Of a stretch of 64,000 bases of DNA, positions 1 through 8,460 are shown one piece after another. The notes under the pieces were generated by a model. It was not told where the DNA came from. It saw only the letters and a program-made list of their open reading frames with translations, and made no database searches. The position numbers and the translations under genes were made by a program. How positions within the stretch are numbered: the first letter of the stretch is position 1; the number at the start of each line of letters is the position of its first letter. Source of the DNA: Candidatus Woesebacteria bacterium (GTDB lineage: Bacteria > Patescibacteriota > Microgenomatia > UBA8517); the NCBI GenBank assembly GCA_013374835.1, contig CP055307.1, positions 471,315 through 535,314 on the forward strand, written 5' to 3'.

Positions 1-129
1 AATATTGGAAGCATGGACAGCGCATTCGGGAAAAGCATTTCTTCTAGCCCGAAAAGCTCTGGCGGGTCCGGATTTGGCGGTGGTTCAGCAGGCGGCGGAT
101 TTGGCGGAGGGGGCGGGGGGAGCTGGTAA
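1..129 (+). CDS. 3' end of a CDS running in from the upstream window; C-terminal Gly/Ser-rich tail (..SGGSGFGGGSAGGGFGGGGGGSW*)
   Basis: Frame is open from the window edge to TAA at 127-129. The Gly-rich, low-complexity tail was translated by hand. Confidence 0.3.
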   Translation, partial: NIGSMDSAFGKSISSSPKSSGGSGFGGGSAGGGFGGGGGGSW

Positions 130-134
130 AAGCT

Positions 135-758
135 TCAGTTTAGCTCTGAAAGGTAGTTTTTGACTTTTAAGGAAATATCGTTTTTGATTTCATCCCAATT
201 TATGTTTGTTGTGTAATCTGGATCGGGGTCTTGATCCGCATTTTCAAAGTAAGTAAGGGATTTAAGGATATGAATTTTTTGGTAGGAAACTTGGTTAAAT
301 TTTTTATCGAAGCTTTTAAGAAGAGTTTTGAGGCGATATTTTTTAAGTATAAAGTAAAGGTCTGCAAAATCTTTTTTGGTTGAGCGGGATGAAATTGCCG
401 AAAGCTTCATGCAGGCTATATCTAGTATTGAGGCGAGTTTAATGCCTTCGTATTGAATAAGATTTTTAAGGATCGGATATTTATATTCGAGAAAGCTTGT
501 TTTTATATCCTTTATGATTACATCAAGAGTACCTTGTGCTTCTTGAGCTATTTTTGGAGAAAGCGGATCAAGACGCTGGATAAGAATATCCCTGTCTGGG
601 AATTTTTGAATAAAAAAGTCCAAGTCCGCCGATTTTCTATGTCCTATTTGCAGTGCAAGCGCGGTTCCTCCTGCCAGATAGAAAGTATTTACTATCGGGA
701 TTTTTTTGAGTTTATTTAAAACCTGTCTTGTTTGCGGATAAAGGGTTTGTTTATACAT
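135..758 (-). CDS. Nucleotidyltransferase of the AbiEii/AbiGii toxin family (type IV TA-like)
   Basis: 207-aa ORF. The N-terminal motif YLAGGTALALQIGHRKSADLDFF resembles the GGTAL...DxDF signature of AbiEii-type nucleotidyltransferases. It overlaps the upstream small gene by 43 nt. Confidence 0.5.
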   Translation of the reverse strand: MYKQTLYPQTRQVLNKLKKIPIVNTFYLAGGTALALQIGHRKSADLDFFIQKFPDRDILIQRLDPLSPKIAQEAQGTLDVIIKDIKTSFLEYKYPILKNLIQYEGIKLASILDIACMKLSAISSRSTKKDFADLYFILKKYRLKTLLKSFDKKFNQVSYQKIHILKSLTYFENADQDPDPDYTTNINWDEIKNDISLKVKNYLSELN

Positions 759-1006
759 AAAATTTCTTTTTTGGGAATATCAAAATATAGTGCGTAAAAA
801 TTTCCGGTTTTTGAAGATATTCTTTTGCTGTTTTTGAGAACATTTGTTATTTCCTCTTTTTTAAAATTTTTTATCAACCACTCTAATTCGTTCCAGTCTC
901 CGTATTCCAAAATCCTCTCTATTATAAAAGCGGAATCGAATTTAGTAAGATTGTCAGTGTTTACGTCCCAAAGGAATTTTTTGACGTTTTGAGGCAATGT
1001 GAGCAT
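716..1006 (-). CDS. Small protein upstream of, and overlapping, the AbiEii-like gene; putative cognate antitoxin
   Basis: 96-aa ORF that overlaps the AbiEii-like gene by 43 nt (translationally coupled) on the same strand. No recognisable domain. Confidence 0.3.
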   Translation of the reverse strand: MLTLPQNVKKFLWDVNTDNLTKFDSAFIIERILEYGDWNELEWLIKNFKKEEITNVLKNSKRISSKTGNFYALYFDIPKKEILCINKPFIRKQDRF

Positions 1007-1017
1007 TGTTTATTATA

Positions 1018-1671
1018 TCATTTTTCGAAGATAATTGAATTTGGTTTTGCTCCCAGTTTTTGAATTATGCTTTTAATGTCAGCAACCATTTGTTTTGGAC
1101 CACAGACGTAGAAATTCATATCCGGGTTGAAAAATTTTTTTATTTTCCCTTCGTTTATGCGACCAAAATCGTAGCCGTTTATTTTTTCTTTTGTGAGGGT
1201 GAGAGATAGATCACTTTCGTCAAAGAAGTTTCTTAATTCAGTTTCCATGATAATATCTTTTTTGGTTTTGTTTGAAAAGATAAGCTTATTGTCTTTGAGA
1301 TCATCTTTTTTATGAAGCATTTTGAAAATAGACAGAAAAGGAGTTATCCCTGCACCGCCTGCTATAAAAACGCCTTTTCCCTGGTAATTGATTGTGCCGA
1401 AAGGGGAGGAAAGGGTAAGATTATCACCCGGCTTTTTGAAAAGAAAGCTTTCCGTTAGGCCGCTGTGATTAGGGAATAGCTTTGGGGGGTAAGTTTTTAT
1501 TATAAATTCCAGCACCAGATCTTCGGGCTGGGAGATCATTGTAAAAGGGTGTCCCTCTATTTCTACGGCTTGGCCGGGCAGAAAGTCGAAATTACCCGGC
1601 TTACTGATGATTAAGCGGATTACGTTATGGGTAACTGGTTCTATAAGTAATATTTTTGAGTTAAAGTTCAC
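1018..1671 (-). CDS. FAD/NAD(P)-binding oxidoreductase, ferredoxin-NADP reductase-like
   Basis: 217 aa. The GVFIAGGAGITPFLSIFKMLHKKDD stretch looks like an FNR-type NAD(P)-binding Gly-rich motif, preceded by an FAD-binding beta-barrel-like region. Confidence 0.55.
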   Translation of the reverse strand: MNFNSKILLIEPVTHNVIRLIISKPGNFDFLPGQAVEIEGHPFTMISQPEDLVLEFIIKTYPPKLFPNHSGLTESFLFKKPGDNLTLSSPFGTINYQGKGVFIAGGAGITPFLSIFKMLHKKDDLKDNKLIFSNKTKKDIIMETELRNFFDESDLSLTLTKEKINGYDFGRINEGKIKKFFNPDMNFYVCGPKQMVADIKSIIQKLGAKPNSIIFEK

Positions 1672-1690
1672 AATTTATATGATACCATTT

Positions 1691-1740
1691 TTGTTTTTAC
1701 AAGTGTATGTAGATGCTATACTAAAAATAGGAGCTGCCTG
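1691..1740 (+). promoter_or_regulatory. Candidate sigma70-type promoter and SD for pilB
   Basis: TTTACA (1696-1701), a 15-nt spacer, then TATACT (1717-1722). AGGAG lies at 1729-1733, 7 nt before the ATG at 1741. Confidence 0.3.
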
Positions 1741-3423
1741 ATGAGATTTGCTAAAGAAGTTTATAAACAGATACTTGTTGATTCGGGGTATATTAATGCC
1801 GACGAATTTGAAGAATCGGTTAAAACTGCCGAGGATCTTGATAAAAATATAGAGGATGTACTTATTTTTAATGGTTTAATTTCTTCAGATGCTTTATCTA
1901 AACTTGTTTCCGAATATCTTAAAGTTCCTTATGTAAATCTTAAGAGGTTAGAAATACCGGATTCAATTCTTTCAGTTATTCCTGAAAAGATGGCCGTTAC
2001 TTACAACATGATTCCTTTTGCCAGGGAGGGTGACGTATTAAAGATTGCAATGGAAAATCCGGGAGATGCGGAGGCTATCGAGTTTGCAAAGCGGCATACT
2101 GGAGCAATAATTGCACCTTATTATTCAAATCATGAGGATATCAAAAGGGCTCTCGGGCAATATAAAAGAAATATTCGCGCGGAATTTAATAAGATTATAT
2201 CCGAGAGCGTGGAACTTGCCGGAGCCGAGAAGGATCTGATAAAGGCTGCTGAAAAACTCCCTATTATAAAAATTTTAGATACTATATTTGAATATGCTTT
2301 TGCTGAGCGTGCAAGCGATATCCATGTTGAAACCCAAGAGAAGGAGGTTTTTGTAAGGTTTAGGATTGACGGAAGGCTTGTTGATATTGTGAGGCTTCCA
2401 AGGGGGATTGAGGAGGCGTTGGTTGCAAGAATAAAGATTTTATCAAACCTTAAACTAGATGAAAGAAGAGTGCCGCAGGATGGAAGGTATAAGTTTAATA
2501 TTGGAAGCGAGCCTATTTCGCTTAGGATTTCGATTATTCCCGGTTTTTACGGAGAGAATGTTGTTATGAGAATTTTAAATGAATCTGCGCGTCCGTTGAG
2601 TTTTGAGGAGCTTGGGCTTGCTGGAAAGGGTCTTGAAATTATTAAAAATAATTTGAAACGGCCAAATGGAATGATATTAGTAACAGGTCCGACGGGGTCT
2701 GGTAAGACCACAACTTTGTATTCGGCATTGAATATTCTGAATACGATTGATGTAAAAATATGTACTATTGAGGATCCTATCGAATACGGAATTCCGCGTG
2801 TGACTCAAATACAGGTTAATCCTAAAACAGGGCTTACTTTTGCTACGGGTCTAAGATCTTTATTAAGGCATGATCCGGATATTATGATGGTGGGTGAGAT
2901 CAGGGATAAAGAAACTGCCGAGATAGCGATACATGCTGCGCTAACCGGTCATCTTGTGCTTTCTACTTTGCATACGAATGACGCTGCTGGTGCTATACCT
3001 AGGCTTTTGGATATGGGAGTTGAGGGGTATCTGGCCGCTTCTACTATTAATGTGGTGATTGCCCAAAGGCTTGTAAGGAAAATTTGTAGCTCATGTATCG
3101 AGCAGTGCACTCCGGATGCAGCGCTTTCCGAAAAGATAAGCAAGGATTTAAAGGTGGACCTATCGTCTCAGAAGTTTTATAGAGGAAAGGGGTGCGCCGT
3201 GTGTGGGAATAGCGGATTTTCCGGAAGGATCGGGATTTATGAGGTTTTACCAGTGACTTCTAATATTAGGAGTTTAATTACTAAGAATGTTTCAAGCGAT
3301 TTGATTTTAGAGCAGGCCAAAAAGGAGGGAATGGTTTCTATGATTCAGGACGGGCTTAACAAAGTGGCAGGCGGGATGACTACTATTCAGGAGGTTTTGC
3401 GCGCGGTAATGGAGACTCAATGA
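1741..3423 (+). CDS. pilB: Type IV pilus assembly ATPase PilB / GspE family
   Basis: 560 aa. N-terminal GspII-like domain, Walker A motif VTGPTGSGKTTTLYSAL, Asp and His boxes, and a C-terminal tetracysteine motif (CSSC...CAVCG). Confidence 0.9.
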   Translation: MRFAKEVYKQILVDSGYINADEFEESVKTAEDLDKNIEDVLIFNGLISSDALSKLVSEYLKVPYVNLKRLEIPDSILSVIPEKMAVTYNMIPFAREGDVLKIAMENPGDAEAIEFAKRHTGAIIAPYYSNHEDIKRALGQYKRNIRAEFNKIISESVELAGAEKDLIKAAEKLPIIKILDTIFEYAFAERASDIHVETQEKEVFVRFRIDGRLVDIVRLPRGIEEALVARIKILSNLKLDERRVPQDGRYKFNIGSEPISLRISIIPGFYGENVVMRILNESARPLSFEELGLAGKGLEIIKNNLKRPNGMILVTGPTGSGKTTTLYSALNILNTIDVKICTIEDPIEYGIPRVTQIQVNPKTGLTFATGLRSLLRHDPDIMMVGEIRDKETAEIAIHAALTGHLVLSTLHTNDAAGAIPRLLDMGVEGYLAASTINVVIAQRLVRKICSSCIEQCTPDAALSEKISKDLKVDLSSQKFYRGKGCAVCGNSGFSGRIGIYEVLPVTSNIRSLITKNVSSDLILEQAKKEGMVSMIQDGLNKVAGGMTTIQEVLRAVMETQ

Positions 3424-4640
3424 AAATTTTCAAATACAAGGCAAAAAACGCAGAAGGAAATGTAATCGAGGATACTATCCAGGCGGGTAGTCGAGAGGAA
3501 GCGGCGAGCGCGATCCGATCTCAAGGGCTTCAGGTTCTTACTGTGAAAAATCCGGACAAAATTGGCGGAAGCATGGTTTTTGGTGGTATTTCAGTTTCTG
3601 AAAAGAGTTCTTTTTGCAGATTCATGGCTACCATGCTTCGGTCAGGTATGTCTCTACCTGAGGCAGTGGATATTATACGCGAAGGATCAAAAAATAAAAG
3701 GTTTAATAAAATACTTTCGGATGTTTCTTTCCAGACACAGAAGGGTAAGAGCCTGTCTATGGTTTTATCCCAATATGAGAGGGATTTTGACCAGATTTTT
3801 TTAACCATGATTAAAGTAGGCGAGGAGTCTGGGACGCTTGATAAGGCCTTTGATTATTTGTCAAAGCAGCTTTCGGCAAGTCATGAATTAAAACAAAAGG
3901 TAACAGGATCTTTGATGTATCCTGCGGTAATAATTCTTGCAATGTTTGCCAACGGGCTTTTGATGATGCTTTTTGTACTGCCGAAGATATCTCAGGCTTT
4001 TTTGAAGCTTGAGGTCCCTTTACCGATTTACACAAAATGGCTTCTTATAGTAGGTGAGTTTTTTGGTAATAATGTGTTACTGGTTCTTGGTGTTTTCGGA
4101 GTGATTTTGGGCTTATTAGTTTTTCTTTTTATATTACAATCTACGCGAAACTTGATTATGAGGTTTATAACAAAACTTCCTATTGTGCGGGACATATCAA
4201 GACATATTGATGTAGCACGGTTTTCCAGGACGCTTTCTACACTTCTTCGGAGCGGTGTGCCGATACTTGAGGCTTTGGATGTTTCTGTCGGGACTTTGGG
4301 GCAGAGGTCTTTTAAGAGAGAGGCTAAAAAGTTCAGCGAAAGCGTTTCTAAGGGAGAGTCTTTATCTGATGTTCTTATAAAAAACAAAGATCTTTTTCCG
4401 CCTATAATGGTCCAGACAATAAAAGCAGGAGAGCAGTCGGGGAGCCTTGAGGATGTACTTGAAGAGCTAGCCGTTTTTTATGAAAAAGAGGTGGATTATA
4501 GTTTGAAGAGATTTACTTCCCTACTTGAGCCTGTTCTGATGCTTTTGATAGGCGCGGTTGTAGGAGTAATGGTGATTATGATGATTGCCCCGATTTATAG
4601 CATTATAGGTGGATTACAGTCTGCTATACAGCAGCCATGA
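3420..4640 (+). CDS. pilC: Type IV pilus platform protein PilC / GspF family
   Basis: 406 aa with two GspF-type repeats and 3 TM segments. Its start overlaps the pilB stop in an ATGA junction. Confidence 0.85.
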   Translation: MKIFKYKAKNAEGNVIEDTIQAGSREEAASAIRSQGLQVLTVKNPDKIGGSMVFGGISVSEKSSFCRFMATMLRSGMSLPEAVDIIREGSKNKRFNKILSDVSFQTQKGKSLSMVLSQYERDFDQIFLTMIKVGEESGTLDKAFDYLSKQLSASHELKQKVTGSLMYPAVIILAMFANGLLMMLFVLPKISQAFLKLEVPLPIYTKWLLIVGEFFGNNVLLVLGVFGVILGLLVFLFILQSTRNLIMRFITKLPIVRDISRHIDVARFSRTLSTLLRSGVPILEALDVSVGTLGQRSFKREAKKFSESVSKGESLSDVLIKNKDLFPPIMVQTIKAGEQSGSLEDVLEELAVFYEKEVDYSLKRFTSLLEPVLMLLIGAVVGVMVIMMIAPIYSIIGGLQSAIQQP

Positions 4641-5356
4641 AAATTTTAGAAGATAAGAAAAAGCTTTTATTAATTTTTGTTTTTTTATTGCTGGCTGTTG
4701 TTTTTTTTATTCTTCTTTTTAGAAGGTCTTCTCAAGACCAGACATCTAAGATTCAAAAAATTTTAATTAATAAAGACGGGCATGAGGTGGTGGTTTTACG
4801 AGATGGTAGTGTGTTAATAAATAGCTTAGACGGCTCGAAAAGCGAAGTATGGGACGAGGGGAAGACGGAAGCTTTTTTTGGATACTATGAGAAGCTTTAC
4901 TTGGGTAGCGAGGAATATGCGGTAGAGGAAAATGGGGATTATATTGTTTTTAATGATGGCAGGAAAATAAGCATTAAGGATGAAGATGAGCTATCGGATA
5001 TTATTATCGATACTGACGGGGATGGAAGAGGAGATGGTTATTTTGATGACAGAAGAGACGGCTCAGGTGGTGAGGGAGGTGGATACAATGGCGATGTAGA
5101 TGGGTGGTTTCCTATGCCTACACCTTCTTCCTATCCGACTTCAACTACCTCACCGACTTCCGGTGGAGGAGACAATGAATGCCTTTATTGGAGGCTGAGT
5201 TACTGCGTTCGGCCTAGGACTCCGACTCCATCTCCTGTAGCTACCAAAGTACCTAGTGTTGATTTGCCGCCAACTTGTACTGAATCGATTAACAGGAAAA
5301 CTGGAAGAACGGTTATTTCCAACGAACTTTGTGTAACCGACGAGGATGTTGAGTAG
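4637..5356 (+). CDS. Membrane-anchored protein with Asp/Gly-rich and Ser/Thr/Pro-rich low-complexity regions
   Basis: 239 aa. N-terminal TM helix (LLLIFVFLLLAVVFFILLF), a DGDGRGDG-type acidic repeat and a PT-rich linker. Translationally coupled to pilC. Confidence 0.45.
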   Translation: MKILEDKKKLLLIFVFLLLAVVFFILLFRRSSQDQTSKIQKILINKDGHEVVVLRDGSVLINSLDGSKSEVWDEGKTEAFFGYYEKLYLGSEEYAVEENGDYIVFNDGRKISIKDEDELSDIIIDTDGDGRGDGYFDDRRDGSGGEGGGYNGDVDGWFPMPTPSSYPTSTTSPTSGGGDNECLYWRLSYCVRPRTPTPSPVATKVPSVDLPPTCTESINRKTGRTVISNELCVTDEDVE

Positions 5357-5504
5357 TAGCCTCTTTTTAGGGAAATATTGGTATAAGTGTGGATTGATTT
5401 CAGAAGAGGATGAATGTTTTTGGTAATAATAAATTTTTAGCCAATCACCTTAGACATCATCTTGATTTATATTTATAAGAGGTGTAATTTTAAAAAAAGA
5501 AGTT

Positions 5505-5600
5505 GTGTTTAAGGAATCCGGTGAAAGTCCGGGGCTGTGCCGCAACCGTGAAAGACGGAAAACTAGCAACTTCATTAATCCCGAGCAGGATGGTGGTTAC
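5505..5600 (+). promoter_or_regulatory. Candidate cobalamin (B12) riboswitch aptamer
   Basis: AAGGAAUCC-GGUGAAAGUCC-GGGGCUGUGCCGCAACCGUGA fits the cobalamin-riboswitch core pattern GGUGnAAnUCC...CnGnCCCGCnACnGUnA with one mismatch. A degenerate B12-box-like GAGCAGGAUGGUGG overlaps the ATG at 5590. Confidence 0.4.
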
Positions 5601-6450
5601 TGAAAAAGAAATTAAAACTTGCTTAATAAATTGGCGGGATAAACCGCCTTCTCAAGTTGTTGAGGAGCTTTCTTCGCTTTCAGTTGAAAGTTTGGGTGCA
5701 CCTGATAATTATTATTTTTTACTTTGGAATGGGCGTTTTGTTTCTCCTGAGACAGGTGCTTTTGTTTACGAATCGATAGATAGGCATTCGTTTCTTGGAC
5801 AGAGAGAGTACAAGGCCTTTTTAGGCTTGGAGAATTGGGCTCAAAAAAGCACAAGGGGAGTGGCGGTATGGATTAGCCCTAAATTTGTGGGCAAGTATGA
5901 CGCTTCAAAAATTATCGTGAGCGAGATTGTATCAAAAAATGGGCAAAAGGCTATAGAAAATACTTCGATTTTATTGAATCTTAGCGATAGCGAGTGTTTG
6001 GAGGCAGCAAGGAGAATGGGGCTTTATCTTGAAGACGTTGAAAAATTGAGGGAGAGCATTATAGTTTTGCCATGCGACGGCTTGGCTTGGGTAGATATAG
6101 TTGAATCTGCCGTTGGAAAAAATAGTGAGCTTTTTGACGAGATTAGGAATAACTTACGTGGTAATAAAAATAGGTCTCTTTATTTAGCCAGAGGATATCA
6201 GCAAATGATTGAAATGGGAGTTGATCCAATGATTATTTATCAGCAAATGCAGAGAGATAGGTTTTTAGGAATGAGCGTGATAAGCTGTCCGGCCACTGTT
6301 TCGGAAACGATGCTTCGACAAAGTATAATCTTTGGAGAAAAGACACTTGAGTGTGACTGTCCTTATTGCGGGAAGCATGTTAATGCCAAAATTAGTATGG
6401 GCCAGATTCATTGCCCTAATTGTGGAAGATATGCTTCTTATCTTTGTTAA
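5590..6450 (+). CDS. Hypothetical protein with a C-terminal C4 zinc ribbon (CDCPYCG...CPNCG)
   Basis: The ORF track begins at a TTG at 5503, inside the riboswitch-like element. The in-frame ATG at 5590 (MVVTEKEIK) is the more plausible start. No domain recognised apart from the terminal zinc ribbon. Confidence 0.5.
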   Translation: MVVTEKEIKTCLINWRDKPPSQVVEELSSLSVESLGAPDNYYFLLWNGRFVSPETGAFVYESIDRHSFLGQREYKAFLGLENWAQKSTRGVAVWISPKFVGKYDASKIIVSEIVSKNGQKAIENTSILLNLSDSECLEAARRMGLYLEDVEKLRESIIVLPCDGLAWVDIVESAVGKNSELFDEIRNNLRGNKNRSLYLARGYQQMIEMGVDPMIIYQQMQRDRFLGMSVISCPATVSETMLRQSIIFGEKTLECDCPYCGKHVNAKISMGQIHCPNCGRYASYLC

Positions 6451-6451
6451 T

Positions 6452-7849
6452 TTAATCTTCTTGCCAGCTAATGAATTCTAGTTCCCCGGTGGTTGGGAAG
6501 TATGGCGGAGGTGCAAAAAGGAATCTTGAATCGTAGTTTATTGTCCTTGTTCTAAAACCGGATTCTAAAGGATTATTATAGTTCCAGTATGATTTGGAGT
6601 AGGAAATAAGCGCGCCATTTATTGTAAGGCTACTGCGTATTGCGTTTGGGTGGTTTCCGCACGACAACAGATAACCATGCCTTATCACCCTTCCTTTTTG
6701 GGCTATTATTGCTGCGTCTATTTGAAAATTATCGGGAAGATCGCGAACGAAATAGACATCATTTTGGGCAATTAACCCTAATGTGTTTGTGCCGTCGTAG
6801 GAATCGTAGACGATATTGTTTTTTATCCAGATGTTCATGTTTTGTGATGTTAACGGGAAAGCCGCTGCTACAACTGTAACCTTTCCCTTAACCGTTCCCT
6901 CGACCCAGAGATGGTCTTCTGCAAAAATAATAGGGGTTTCCGAAGTTTGATATGTTCCTATTAGATCCTCGTTTCTTATTAATTGGTATCTTCTTCTACA
7001 ACCTCCTTGCCCGTCTTGTCCGAGGCCTTCGCCCGGTGCGCTGTAGCCATAGATTGAGTTGGTGTTATTTACCCTATAAATTTCAACAGTCCCATTTTCT
7101 ATGAATACTAGGTGATATCCGGCTCTTCCCGAATTATCAAGATAAAGACCCACGTTTTGTGCCGCTTGGCGCATGTTTTGGAAGTCGAATGCGATGGAAT
7201 CAAAGTCCACGATTGGTACGGGGAATTCCCAAAGAGACTGGTCTCCTCCATTCCCCCAGACTCCAGGTTTCCAGACAGGTGGAAAGCAGCCTGTTTCGGA
7301 GCCGCAGCGATATTCGTCTTTTGCACTGGTTACGCGGCCTGTATTTGTCCCATCCATTCTTATCCCGTTATTGGAGTGGATGTCTCCGTTTACCGTTATT
7401 CCTTCTCCGTACCATACACTTGCGTTATTGAGGAAAACAAATTTGGCAAAAGAAGGTTTTCCGTACCGGGCTGTGATTGTGCGCTTTATTCCAGGTTTAT
7501 TGTAGCTAATTCCTGTTGATTTGATTGTTACGATTGAAGATCCGTCTTGTGGTGGGGTTATTTCAAGGCTGAATTCGCCAATTTCTTTGCCTTGGGGATC
7601 TTTATAAACGTGTATATATGGGCCTTTCTGTCCCGTGCCGTCCGTAAAGTCATCCGGTGCGTGTGCGAGATGCCACTTGTAATAGTTTATACCTGCTTCT
7701 GCTATATTTAGCGCCTCTTCGGATGCGACTCTTCTGTTTGAATATTCAAACTGGGTAGTTAAGAGTAAAAGAAGTCCGTATATTATTACAAGAAAAGAGC
7801 CGGTTATTACAAGAAGAGCCGGTGTTATAGTTCCTTTTTTTGTTTTCAT
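6452..7849 (-). CDS. PilX-like pilus-associated protein (minor pilin operon)
   Basis: 465 aa. N-terminal TM helix followed by NRRVASEEALNIAEAGI, which resembles the PilX N-terminal motif. Last gene of a three-gene minus-strand operon of prepilin-like proteins. Confidence 0.5.
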   Translation of the reverse strand: MKTKKGTITPALLVITGSFLVIIYGLLLLLTTQFEYSNRRVASEEALNIAEAGINYYKWHLAHAPDDFTDGTGQKGPYIHVYKDPQGKEIGEFSLEITPPQDGSSIVTIKSTGISYNKPGIKRTITARYGKPSFAKFVFLNNASVWYGEGITVNGDIHSNNGIRMDGTNTGRVTSAKDEYRCGSETGCFPPVWKPGVWGNGGDQSLWEFPVPIVDFDSIAFDFQNMRQAAQNVGLYLDNSGRAGYHLVFIENGTVEIYRVNNTNSIYGYSAPGEGLGQDGQGGCRRRYQLIRNEDLIGTYQTSETPIIFAEDHLWVEGTVKGKVTVVAAAFPLTSQNMNIWIKNNIVYDSYDGTNTLGLIAQNDVYFVRDLPDNFQIDAAIIAQKGRVIRHGYLLSCGNHPNAIRSSLTINGALISYSKSYWNYNNPLESGFRTRTINYDSRFLFAPPPYFPTTGELEFISWQED

Positions 7850-8460
7850 CTTATTGTTGTTAGCGTTCTTATCTGTGCTTGCGAGCTAATTACATAGTCG
7901 GTATCGGGTGAATTTTCTTTTGGGTTAACTCTTATATAGATTTGTACCAGCTTGATTTTATCTAGGTCTGCTGGCGTTGGCATGGGGTTTTCCTCTGTGT
8001 CCTCAGGCCAGTTCTGGTTGTAATAGAAAAAGGCAGGCATATCGTGGTTTCTTACATTATCAGATAAATTTATTGATTTTGCATCATTCGGATTATAAAT
8101 CGGAGGATTGCCGCTTGGTTTGATTGTTGTTTTAGTGAATGTGTTTCCGTTAAGCTCGTATGTTACTTTTTCAGCTTTGCCGTCTTTGTCGATATCCGAA
8201 TAGAAGGTTATTTTGTTGTTTTCGGCTGTTTCGATTGTGAACGCCCCGTTGTCTCCCTGTCTTGCAGTTCTTAGTTCTTTGACTAATTCGTTTGCTATAC
8301 GACTGGTTTCTTCGACTGAGATGGAGTTATTTATCAAAGTAAGTTGCCCTTTCCCTAGGATGTATTGAATACCCGTAATTCCTACGCCTAAAATGACTAT
8401 AAAGAGACCAACCATGGATACTTCAACCAGAGTAAAGCCTTTTTGTCTATTTGTTTTCAT
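7846..8460 (-). CDS. Prepilin-type N-terminal cleavage/methylation domain protein (pseudopilin/minor pilin)
   Basis: 204 aa. QKGFTLVEVSMVGLFIVILG is a class III signal peptide (G|FTLVE). Confidence 0.7.
   Translation of the reverse strand: MKTNRQKGFTLVEVSMVGLFIVILGVGITGIQYILGKGQLTLINNSISVEETSRIANELVKELRTARQGDNGAFTIETAENNKITFYSDIDKDGKAEKVTYELNGNTFTKTTIKPSGNPPIYNPNDAKSINLSDNVRNHDMPAFFYYNQNWPEDTEENPMPTPADLDKIKLVQIYIRVNPKENSPDTDYVISSQAQIRTLTTIR

Noticed and set aside
3530-4387. Small ORFs antisense to, or out of frame within, pilC
   Set aside because: They are nested inside a well-supported conserved gene.
5503-5589. Track start (TTG 5503) for the zinc-ribbon protein
   Set aside because: The segment matches the cobalamin-riboswitch core. 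The in-frame ATG at 5590 is preferred.
7108-7519. Several 72-135-aa ORFs on both strands inside 6452-7849
   Set aside because: They are fully nested within the 465-aa PilX-like gene and are low-complexity or antisense translations.
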